Assembly (NCBI GenBank): GCA_002269645.1
Contig: NIVC01001425.1
Location: 52,666-116,665, forward strand
DNA from: Macrostomum lignano
Taxonomy: Eukaryota
Reading direction: 5' to 3'
DNA: 64,000 bases
Positions 25,378 to 35,281 of this stretch are shown piece after piece; position 1 is the first letter of the stretch, and the number at the start of each line of letters is the position of its first letter. Both the position numbers and the translations under genes were made by a program. The notes below the pieces were generated by a model. The model was not told the DNA's origin, did no database searches, and saw nothing but the letters and a program-made list of their open reading frames with translations.

Positions 25378-25728
25378 TGCTTGTCTGTCTCTCTGACTGT
25401 CTGTCTGACGGTCTGTCTTTCTGTCTGTGTGTCTGTCTGACTGTCTGTGTCCGTCTGTGTCTGTCTGTCTGTCTCTGTCTGTCTGTGTGTCTGTCTGACT
25501 GTCTGTGTCTGTCTGTCTGTCTGTCCTACTGTCTGTCCGTCTGTCTGTCTGTCTGTGTGTCTCTTTGTCTGTCTGTCCGTCTCTGTCTGTCTGTCTTAGT
25601 ATCTCTCTGTGTCTGTCTATCCGCCTGTCTGTCTCTCTGACTGTCCGTCTGACAGTCTGTCTTTCTGTCTGTTGTGTCTGACTGACTGTCTGTTTGTCTG
25701 TCCTATTGTCTCTGTTTGTCTGTCCTAA

Positions 25729-25761
<33 letters not shown>

Positions 25762-25804
25762 GACTATCTGTGTCCGTCTGTGTCTGTCTGTTTGTCTGTC
25801 CTAA

Positions 25805-25848
<44 letters not shown>

Positions 25849-25852
25849 CTAA

Positions 25853-25884
<32 letters not shown>

Positions 25885-25888
25885 CTAA

Positions 25889-25921
<33 letters not shown>

Positions 25922-26075
25922 TAGTGTCTCTTTGTCTGTCTGTCTGTCCGTCTCTCTGTCTGTCTGTCCGCCTGTCTGTTTGTCTCTCTGTCTGTCTCTC
26001 TGTCTTTCTTAGTGTCTGTCCGTCTATCTGTCTTTTTGTCTGTCTGTCTGTCCGTCCGTCTGACTGCCTTTCTGT
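25378..26075. repeat. (CTGT)n compound microsatellite
   Basis: Reverse-complement type of the GACA array at 3500. Confidence 0.95.
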
Positions 26076-26089
26076 TTTGCATCCTCTCC

Positions 26090-26275
26090 TGCCAAAGCAC
26101 CCGGGTTCGATTCCGCGTAAGACTTGCATAATTAAAACTCGTTTGTGCGACTCACGCCCATGAGGGCCGGGCCACCCTCAAGTCACTGAGTGTGTGCTAC
26201 GCTTAACGCTGAGAAAGTCAAAGCCGCTGTACACCCTGCGTGAGCGTGTTCGTGCTAAAAATCAGCGAGATGGCC
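26090..26275 (+). mobile_element. SINE-like fragment (B box gggttcgattcc plus gccgctgtacac core)
   Basis: Pol III B-box-like motif at ~26103 and a short core shared with the 38824 family, with a different sequence between them. Confidence 0.45.
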
Positions 26276-26344
26276 ATATCTTAGAAAGTTCGTCATGAAC
26301 TTTGAAACATTCGGTAAATCATTAAATCCTCCTCGCCTTTTCCC

Positions 26345-28159
26345 ATGTCTTCCGACAGCGGCACTGTTCTATTTTCGCTGCTAATCTCCGGCAAGGAGGC
26401 TGAAATATTGGCCCGATTGTCGGCGGCTCCGTCAACTCCAGAGGATCTTCGCCGGCTTGACAACCACGGCAACACCGCGCTGCACTATGCGGCCGCCGGA
26501 GGCTGTACCGCCGCAATCAACGAACTGATTGAACGGCACGGGCTTGACCCGGATGCCGTTAATCTGCTTGGCTGGAGTCCGTTTCTTGTCGCCTGCCGTC
26601 TGGGCCATCTGGCCGCGGCGCGTGTCCTGGCACGCCGGGCGGACACCCGCCGGGTCACCGTCTATGGCGCCGATGGATTCACGTTGGCCGCTGCTGGCAA
26701 TCACGTCAGGCTGATGGAGTTCCTGGCCGGGCTGGCCCTGGCCACCGAGTGTGGAAGCGATGGAGGCGTTAATAGAGACGGAAGCGGAGGTGTGGATAGA
26801 GGCGGAAGCGGAGGTGTGGATAGAGACGGCAGCGGAGGTGTGGATAGAGACGGCAGCGGAGGTGTGGATAGAGACGGCAGCGGAGGTGTGGATAGAGACG
26901 GAAGCGGAGGTGTGGATAGAGACGGAAGCGGAGGTGTGGATAGAGGCGGAAGCGGAGGTGTGGCTAGAGACGGCAGCGGAGGTGTGGATAGAGACGGCAG
27001 CGGAGGTGTGGATAGAGACGGCAGCGGAGGTGTGGATAGAGACGGCAGCGGAGGTGTGGATAGAGACGGAAGCGGAGGTGTGGCTAGAGACGAAAGCTAC
27101 AAAGGCGCAAAGTTTGCGGTCGAAGAATCCGACGGCGGTTTTCGAGTCGCTCGCCAACTCGGCGCGCCGCTCTGTCCGGCTGCATTTCGCGGCGCCATGG
27201 GCTCGATGCGCTACCTGCTGGCGCGCGGCTTTCCGTTTGACGGTGCCGGCGACAGCGCGGCGACTTCGCCATTGCACGCGGCTGCCGCGGGTGGTTGCGC
27301 CGAGGCGTGCAGCCTGGTGATTGAACAGGCCGGAGCTTCGGGCTCCCGACGCGACATCAACGGGCTGACGCCGCGCCAGGTAGCCAGACTGTTGGGCCAC
27401 TGCAAGCTGGCGAGGCTGCTTCCAGCCGGCAGCGACGGCGAGGAAGACTCGGACAGCGAGACGGAGACTCGGACAGAAGCATCAAGGCCTCTCCAACCAG
27501 CAGCAGCCGGAGAACTTGAAGACTGCACGAAGCAACAACAGCAGCTGAGCACTGAGCTCCGCCCCAGGCGCAAAAGCGACCTGCTTCTCTCTTGCTGTCG
27601 CTCACCGCCAGGCCCTTCGCCGCCGCCACCGCCACCACGGCCGCCACCGCCACTCGAAGTGGCCTCCAGCAAAAAGACAGTCCGCTTCTCTTGCATGGCC
27701 AACCAATTCGCAGATCGCTGGCGCGACACGCTTGGCAATCCCGGCTACGCTGAATCTCATTGGATTGGCGCCGAACGTCTAGTTCAAGCGGCGCCGGATT
27801 GGCGCGAGGCGCTATCAAAAGTGCACCAGATGTTGGCGCGTTTGCCCCAGACAGAGTCGCTGTCTGTAGCTGGGAGTCAAGCCAAACTGTTCGCTCCCAG
27901 TTTCCTAGTCCGGCCTGGCAATGGGATTTGCAATCCTCTGTTCCGATTTACAACCGCAGACGACGACAAACTGGCTTTGTTGCTAGGCAAATTCGGATTG
28001 TCCGCTTATCTGCCCACTCTGCGCGAGCAGGAGATCGATGCCGACGCATTCCTGTTGCTAACGGAAGACGACCTGATTGGCATGGGCGTGAATGACCCAA
28101 CTGAGCGGGAGCGAATGTTGAAAGCCATCGCTGAGATTAGACTCGATAGTTGCATTTAG
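26345..28159 (+). CDS. Ankyrin-repeat plus C-terminal SAM domain protein (ANKS3/ANKS6-like), 604-aa ORF with an in-frame 24-bp repeat
   Basis: GNTALHYAA, GWSPFLVAC and TSPLHAAA ankyrin motifs; SAM domain LGKFGLSAYLPTLREQEIDADAFLLLTEDDL. Confidence 0.85.
   Translation: MSSDSGTVLFSLLISGKEAEILARLSAAPSTPEDLRRLDNHGNTALHYAAAGGCTAAINELIERHGLDPDAVNLLGWSPFLVACRLGHLAAARVLARRADTRRVTVYGADGFTLAAAGNHVRLMEFLAGLALATECGSDGGVNRDGSGGVDRGGSGGVDRDGSGGVDRDGSGGVDRDGSGGVDRDGSGGVDRDGSGGVDRGGSGGVARDGSGGVDRDGSGGVDRDGSGGVDRDGSGGVDRDGSGGVARDESYKGAKFAVEESDGGFRVARQLGAPLCPAAFRGAMGSMRYLLARGFPFDGAGDSAATSPLHAAAAGGCAEACSLVIEQAGASGSRRDINGLTPRQVARLLGHCKLARLLPAGSDGEEDSDSETETRTEASRPLQPAAAGELEDCTKQQQQLSTELRPRRKSDLLLSCCRSPPGPSPPPPPPRPPPPLEVASSKKTVRFSCMANQFADRWRDTLGNPGYAESHWIGAERLVQAAPDWREALSKVHQMLARLPQTESLSVAGSQAKLFAPSFLVRPGNGICNPLFRFTTADDDKLALLLGKFGLSAYLPTLREQEIDADAFLLLTEDDLIGMGVNDPTERERMLKAIAEIRLDSCI
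26771..27092 (+). repeat. 24-bp tandem repeat, read in frame as (DRDGSGGV)x13
   Basis: gatagagacggcagcggaggtgtg units inside the ANK-SAM ORF. Confidence 0.95.
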
Positions 28160-28249
28160 TTTCCTTGGTTCTCAACCTCATTTTGATATGTGATTCTCTT
28201 TTTGTCTGTTTGAGTGTCATCCTGCTTGCTTTCCATGTTCTTATTCAGT

Positions 28250-30055
28250 AGTTTGCGTCCAAGCTTGTGTCCTCACCGATTTTCAAAGCTTGTGTCCTCA
28301 CCGGTTATCTAAGCTTGTGTCCTCACCGATTTTCAAAGCTTGTGTCCTCACCGGTTATCTAAGCTTGTGTCCTCACCGGTTAGCTAAGCTTGTGTCCTCA
28401 CCGATTTTCAAAGCTTGTGTCCTCACCGGTTATCTAAGCTTGTGTCCTCACCGATTTTCAAAGCTTGTGTCCTCACCGGTTATCTAAGCTTGTGTCCTCA
28501 CCAGTTAGCTAAGCTTGTGTCTTCACCGGTTATCTAAGCTTGTGTCCTCACCAGTTATCTAAGCTTGTGTCCTCACCAGTTATCTTAGCTTGTGTCCTCA
28601 CCAGTTAGCTAAGCTTGTGTCCTCACCAGTTATCTAAGCTTGTGTCCTCACCAGTTAGCTAAGCTTGTGTCCTCACCAGTTAGCTAAGCTTGTGTCCTCA
28701 CCGGTTAACTAAGCTTGTGTCCTTACCGGTTAACTAAGCTTGTGTCCTTACCAGTTATCTAAGCTTGTGTCCTCACCAGTTAGCTAAGCTTGTGTCCTCA
28801 CCGATTTTCAAAGCTTGTGTCCTCACCGGTTATCTAAGCTTGTGTCCTCACCGGTTAGCTAAGCTTGTGTCCTCACCGGTTATCTAAGCTTGTGTCCTCA
28901 CCGGTTATCTAAGCTTGTGTCCTCACCGGTTATCTAAGCTTTTGTCCTCACCGGTTATCTAAGCTTGTGTCCTCACCGGTTATCTAAGCTTGTGTCCTCA
29001 CCGGTTATCTAAGCTTTTGTCCTCACCGGTTATCTAAGCTTGTGTCCTCACCGGTTTTCAAAGCTTGTGTTCTCACCGATTTTCAAAGCTTGTGTCCTCA
29101 CCGGTTATCTAAGCTTGTGTCCTCACCGGTTATCTAAGCTTGTGTCCTCACCGGTTATCTAAGCTTGTGTCCTCACCGGTTATCTAAGCTTTTGTCCTCA
29201 CCGGTTATCTAAGCTTGTGTCCTCACCGGTTTTCAAAGCTTGTGTTCTCACCGATTTTCAAAGCTTGTGTCCTCACTGGTTAGCTAAGCTTGTGTCCTCA
29301 CCGGTTAGCTAAGCTTGTGTCCTCACCGGTTAGCTAAGCTTGTGTCCTCACCGGTTATCTAAGCTTGTGTCCTCACCGGTTATCTAAGCTTGTGTCCTCA
29401 CCGGTTATCTAAGCTTTTGTCCTCACCGGTTATCTAAGCTTGTGTCCTCACCGGTTTTCAAAGCTTGTGTTCTCACCGATTTTCAAAGCTTGTGTCCTCA
29501 CCGGTTATCTAAGCTTGTGTCCTCACCGGTTATCTAAGCTTGTGTCCTCACCGGTTATCTAAGCTTGTGTCCTCACCGGTTATCTAAGCTTTTGTCCTCA
29601 CCAGTTATCTAAGCTTGTGTCCTCACCGATTTTCAAAGCTTGTGTCCTCACCGGTTATCTAAGCTTGTGTCCTCACCGGTTATCTAAGCTTGTGTCCTCA
29701 CCGGTTATCTAAGCTTGTGTCCTCACCGGTTATCTAAGCTTTTGTCCTCACCGGTTATCTAAGCTTGTGTCCTCACCGGTTTTCAAAGCTTGTGTTCTCA
29801 CCGATTTTCAAAGCTTGTGTCCTCACTGGTTAGCTAAGCTTGTGTCCTCACCGGTTAGCTAAGCTTGTGTCCTCACCGGTTAGCTAAGCTTGTGTCCTCA
29901 CCGGTTATCTAAGCTTGTGTCCTCACCAGTTAGCTAAGCTTGTGTCCTCACCGGTTATCTAAGCTTGTGTCCTCACCAGTTAGCTAAGCTTGTGTCCTCA
30001 CCGGTTATCTAAGCTTGTGTCCTCACCAGTTATCTAAGCTTGTGTCCTTACCAGC
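28250..30055. repeat. 25-bp minisatellite (aagcttgtgtcctcaccggttatct) with higher-order structure
   Basis: About 70 copies with recurring variant blocks. Confidence 0.97.
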
Positions 30056-30397
30056 TTTCAGTACTGGTTGTCTATTTTGTTCTCACTGGCCCTCCAGGCT
30101 GTGTCTTCAGTGTTTATAAATTTATTGTCCTTTGCCTTTCCTTGTCTTTCAACCCGTTTAAACTTGTAGTTGTATATTCGATCGCGTGTTTGTTTTAAAT
30201 TAATTATTTTCTTGCTGCAAATAAATTTCTCTTTTAACTATAAACAGGCTAGAATATACAACTTCAGCTGAGAAAGATTAATTAATTATATACAATTGAT
30301 AATGATTTTCATTATGTTCATGACATTAAATTCGTTAATTGTTTAATGTTGCAAAACAATTAAATTAGCACTACCCATGGCTCAGGGCACAATTAGA

Positions 30398-30725
30398 TAG
30401 CCTAGCGGTCTAGCCAGTGTCCCAGGCTGGATTCCAAGTTCAGTCACATTATTTTGGGGCTAAATTGGAATCTAGGCTTGGCTCTGCTCGTGCAATCAAC
30501 GCCCTTGAGGCCCAACCCCCAAGGCACAGTGAAGTGTACATGCCTGATAATAAATAAAGTTAGGGCCGCTGTACACTCCTGTGTGAGTGTGTGCCTGTGC
30601 GTATGACTGCGTACGTATCCGCGCGCTTGTGTGCCTGCTCAGGGGAGTCGGCGGAATGGGCAGTAATGCCTCTCGCCGTTTGTGCGACAATGTCGCTGGA
30701 AGTGCACCAGGGTGCACACAGTCCT
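30398..30725 (+). mobile_element. tRNA-derived SINE copy (38824 family) with a degraded head
   Basis: Colinear similarity with 38824-39187. Confidence 0.75.
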
Positions 30726-30809
30726 CTGGCTGTAACTAAATCCTCTTTCTATAGCTCGGGACCTAATTAGACAGTCACAAGAAAAGCCTCGTCTATGGCC
30801 TAGAAAGTC

Positions 30810-30827
30810 GCACGCGAAACACCTCAG
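30810..30827 (+). promoter_or_regulatory. Splice acceptor (candidate SL trans-splice site) for PIPOX copy 1
   Basis: gcacgcgaaacacctcag is followed directly by the first in-frame codon and is identical in copy 2 (35264-35281). Confidence 0.55.
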
Positions 30828-33800
30828 GCGGCCGCAGCGCAGCAGCAGCAGCGCCAGAAGCACGTGGCGGTGGTTGGCTGCGGGGTGAACGGCCTCTGCA
30901 CAGCCTGGCAGCTGCTGGAGCGAGGACACCGAGTGACTCTGCTTGAGCAGTTCCCGGTGCCGCATAGCAGAGGCAGCAGCCACGGGCACAGCCGCATCAC
31001 CCGCTACGCCTACAAGGAGGCTGAGTATGCGCGACTGATGAGGCGGGCGTTCCCGCTGTGGAGCCGCCTTGAGAGCCTCAGCGGCCAGCGACTCTTCATC
31101 AACTGCGGCATGGCGTCCTTGGGGTCGGGTGCGTATTTGAGAAACATCAGCGAGGTGCTGGAGTCGAACTCGATGCCGCTCGAGCGGCTGTCCGGACAGT
31201 CGCTGGCGAGTCGGTTTCCTCGGCTTGCGGGATTCCGCGACTGCGTTCTCGATCCCAGTGCTGGGATTCTGCTGGCTGACAGGTGGGACAACTTTGAGTG
31301 AAAAATCCTGGTTACCGGAGTATCCGGGTTACCGGAGTATCCGGGTTACCGGAGTATCCGGGTTACCGGAGTATCCGGGTTACCGGAGTATCCGGGTTAC
31401 CGGAGTATCCGGGTTACCGGAGTATCCGGGTTACCGGAGTATCCGGGTTACCGGAGTATCCGGGTTACCGGAGTATCCGGGTTACCGGAGTATCCGGGTT
31501 ACCGGAGTATCCGGGTTACCGGAGTATCCGGGTTACCGGAGTATCCGGGTTACCGGAGTATCCGGGTTACCGGAGTATCCGGGTTACCGGAGTATCCGGG
31601 TTACCGGAGTATCCGGGTTACCGGAGTATCCGGGTTACCGGAGTATCCGGGTTACCGGAGTATCCGGGTTACCGGAGTATCCGGGTTACCGGAGTATCCG
31701 GGTTACCGGAGTATCCGGGTTACCGGAGTATCCGGGTTACCGGAGTATCCGGGTTACCGGAGTATCCGGGTTACCGGAGTATCCGGGTTATCCGGTGAAC
31801 TCTAACAGTGTCCAGAGAACAAAGCAAATGTCCGTTAGATCTGAATACATGTAAGTTCAGTCTAAGAAATTCCTCTTGAAACACCTGTCTATGGCCCGAC
31901 CACTCCAGGTGCTTGCAAGCGCTGCGCTCTCGAGTTGCCCAACTTGGCTGCCGCCTCCGCGACTGCGTCCGCGTGACGGCCATCGAGCCGCAGCCCGACG
32001 GCTCCGTCCGGCTTCGCCTTTCGGGCAGCGGGACGGCGGCTGCGGCGTCTGCAGAGGAGCTCACGGCGGACTCGGTGGTTCTGGCGGCTGGTGCGTGGGC
32101 GGGCCAGCTGCTGTCAGGCCTCGGCCTGGACCTGCCGCTGCGGCCCATCGGCGTCACCGCCATGTACTGGCGACTGCGTCAAGCGGACGGCGCTGCCGTC
32201 ACCGGCGACTTCAGGCCGGAAAAATTTCCAACTTTTGTGTACGAGGATGAGAAGCTGCACGTGTACGGACTGCCGGAGCTCGAGTACCCCGGCATGGTCA
32301 AGGCAAGTGTTTGCACTTTTGTTTTGTTGTACTTTAGTGGAACTTTGGTGCATTCGTACTCTAGCCAGTTTGGATAAAATTTATTTACGTTTATTGTTAA
32401 TTTTTTTACCTACGCCTAAGTTTACTTGCTTGCCCCGCGCTTATTGTCCAGATCTGCATGCACGACGGGCCGGACTTGGACCCGGACATCCGGGAGACCC
32501 GAGAGCAGCGGGAGCCATACTACCTGTCAGAGCTGACCGACTTTGTTAAGCGGTGGTTTCCAGACCTGGTGCCGGAGCCTGCCGTCACTGAGAAGTGTAT
32601 CTACACGGTGAGTCATTCATATTGTAGGCAGAGAAAATCCCTTTTTATCTAACAAATAATTATAGCTAGTAAATGTTCTCCTCCCCCAGCTCACACCCGA
32701 TAGCGGCCTGATTGTGGACCGGCACCCGAGCCATCGCAACATTGTATTTGTGTGCGGCTGCTCAGGTGAGCACATTTGGGTCAAGTTTCTCTATAATATT
32801 ATATGTAGCTATGATTTTGTGTGTGCATGTCATTTTTACATGTATTGAACTATACGCTTAGTCTAGGTTACCATACTGTAAAATGCTTCTGTCGCCCTTC
32901 TGTGACAGTTACTTCTGTCAAAGTTATTTCTGTCACAGTTGCTTCTGTCACTGTTGCGTCTGTCACCGTTACTTCTGTCAAAGTTATTTCTGTCACCGTT
33001 ACTTCTGTCAAAGTTATTTCTGTCACCGTTACTTCTGTCACCGTTACTTCTGTCACCGTTACTTCTGTCACCGTTACTTCTGTCACCGTTACTTCTGTCA
33101 AAGTTATTTCTGTCACCGTTACTTCTGTCACAGTTGGTTCTGTCACCGTTGCTTCTGTCACCGTTGCTTCTGTCACAGTTACTTCTGTCACCGTTGCTTC
33201 TGTCACAGTTACTTCTGTCACAATTACTTCTGTCACAGTTGGTTCTGTCACCGTTGCTTCTGTCACCGTTGCTTCTGTCACAGTTACTTCTGTCACCGTT
33301 GCTTCTGTCACAGTTACTTTTGTCACCGTTGCTTCTGTCACCGTTGCTTCTGTTCCGTTGCTTCTGTCCCGTTGCTTCTGTCACAGTTGGTTCTGTCACC
33401 GTTGCTTCTGTTCCGTTGCTTCTGTCCCGTTGCTTCTGTCACAGTTAATTCTGTCACAGTTGGTTCTGTCACCGTTGCTTCTGTTCCGTTGCTTCTGTCC
33501 CGTTGCTTCTGTCACCGTTGCTTCTGTCACCGTTGCTTCTGTCCCGTTGCTTCTGTCACAGTTGGTTCTGTCACCGTTGCTTCTGTCCCGTTGCTTCTGT
33601 CACAGTTAATTCTGTCACAGTTGGTTCTGTCACCGTTGCTTCTGTTCCGTTGCTTCTGTCCCGTTGCTTCTGTCACCGTTGCTTCTGTCACCGTTGCTTC
33701 TGTCCCGTTGCTTCTGTCACAGTTGGTTCTGTCACCGTTGCTTCTGTCCCGTTGCTTCTGTCACAGTTGGTTCTGTCACCGTTGCTTCTGTCACAGTTAC

Positions 33801-34210
33801 TTCTGTCACAATTACTTCTGTCACCGTTGCTTCTGTCACCGTTGCTTCTGTCACCGTTGCTTCTGTCACCGTTGCTTCTGTCACCGTTGCTTCTGTCACC
33901 GTTGCTTCTGTCACAGTTACTTCTGTCACCGTTGCTTCTGTCCCGCTACTTCTGTCACCGTTGCTTCTGTCACCGCTACTTCTTCAAAGTACATGAAGGT
34001 TACCCAACACTAGTACATCGGGTTGGTCGCGCATTCCCTGTTGACCAAACTCTGTTTCTGTCCCGCAAATTCTCAGGCCACGGCTTCAAGCTCGGCCCTG
34101 CGATTGGCCAGCTGCTGTCCGAGATGGCAACCGGCCAGCCACCTAGCCAGGATTTGGCCTTCATGTCGGCCGGCCGATTTAAACACGGTGTCACTTCAGC
34201 CAAGCTTTGA
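30828..34210 (+). CDS. PIPOX: Peroxisomal sarcosine oxidase / L-pipecolate oxidase, copy 1; exons 30828-31282, 31909-32302, 32452-32607, 32690-32765, 34077-34210 (404 codons, no usable genomic ATG)
   Basis: FAD motif VAVVGCGVNG, HSRGSSHGHSRITR, EYPGMVK, CIYTLTPD, SGHGFKLGP and a C-terminal PTS1 (-AKL). Exons total 1215 nt in frame. Intron 2 is GC-AG. Confidence 0.92.
31306..31796. repeat. 17-bp near-perfect minisatellite (ccggagtatccgggtta), PIPOX-1 intron 1
   Basis: About 29 identical copies. Confidence 0.98.
32900..33975. repeat. ~15-bp minisatellite (gcttctgtcaccgtt and variants), PIPOX-1 intron 4
   Basis: Tandem copies; accounts for the spurious SVT/FCH/LLLS ORFs. Confidence 0.95.
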
Positions 34211-34555
34211 GCTGCAAGTGTCGGAAATGATTTTGTTTATGGTTTTAATTCGCATGTTTTAGCATAAAAATTATGGTATTTCTGATTGTGTTTCTATTTA
34301 AACTGCTATATGGTTTGAGATCGATTTTTATTTAGTTTTCAATACAATTTATTTACTTGATTTTCATTGATTTCTCCTGTTATCAACAAATATACAAATT
34401 TATATTTCTTTGACTGATACTTATTAGCGAGTTGACTTAACTTTTGGTTACCTGATTTTTAAAGAAATAGAGCCCTCCTCACTACCAATACCATAGCTTT
34501 TTTGCTTAAACATCTGCGTTTAACTACCTAGGTTTTTTTAAGACTCATAGGCTTT

Positions 34556-35222
34556 TGACACATCACTGCAGAGCCTGACACATCACTGCAGAACCTGACA
34601 CATCACTGCAGAACCTGACATATCACTGCAGAACCTGACACATCACTGCAGAGCCTGACACATCACTGCAGAACCTGACACATCACTGCAGAGCCTGACA
34701 CATCACTGCAGAACCTGACACATCACTACAGAACCTGACACATCACTGCAGAACCTGACACATCACTGCAGAACCTGACACATCACTGCAGAACCTGACA
34801 CATCACTGCAGAGCCTGACACATCACTGCAGAACCTGACACATCACTGCAGAGCCTGACACATCACTGCAGAACCTGACACATCACTACAGAACCTGACA
34901 CATCACTGCAGAACCTGACGCATCACTGCAGAACCTGACACATCACAGCAGAACCTGACACATCACTGCAGAGCCTGACACATCACTGCAGAGCCTGACA
35001 CATCACAGCAGAACCTGACACATCACTGCAGAGCCTGACACATCACAGCAGAACCTGACACATCACAGCAGAACCTGACACATCACTGCAGAGCCTGACA
35101 CATCACTGCAGAGCCTGACACATCACTGCAGCACCTGTCATATCACTGCAGAACCTGACACATCACTGCAGAACCTGACACATCACTGCAGAACCTGTCA
35201 TATCACTGCAGAATCTGACACC
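34556..35222. repeat. 20-bp minisatellite (gacacatcactgcagaacct) between the PIPOX copies
   Basis: About 33 copies. Confidence 0.97.
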
Positions 35223-35281
35223 TAACTATCAGATATAGCACTGCTTGTACTGTTTCCAACATTGCACGCGAAACACCTCAG

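Noticed and set aside
30795-30803. ATG-GCC-TAG as stop-codon readthrough at the PIPOX-1 start
   Set aside because: Not conserved in copy 2, whose similarity starts at 30810. A splice acceptor explains both copies more simply.
31225-31854. ORFs of YRSIRVTGVSGLPEYPG repeats
   Set aside because: A stop-free 17-bp array in an intron; flanking exons splice in phase around it.
32821-34013. Long Cys-, Thr/Val- and Leu-rich ORFs
   Set aside because: Translations of the 15-bp array in PIPOX-1 intron 4.
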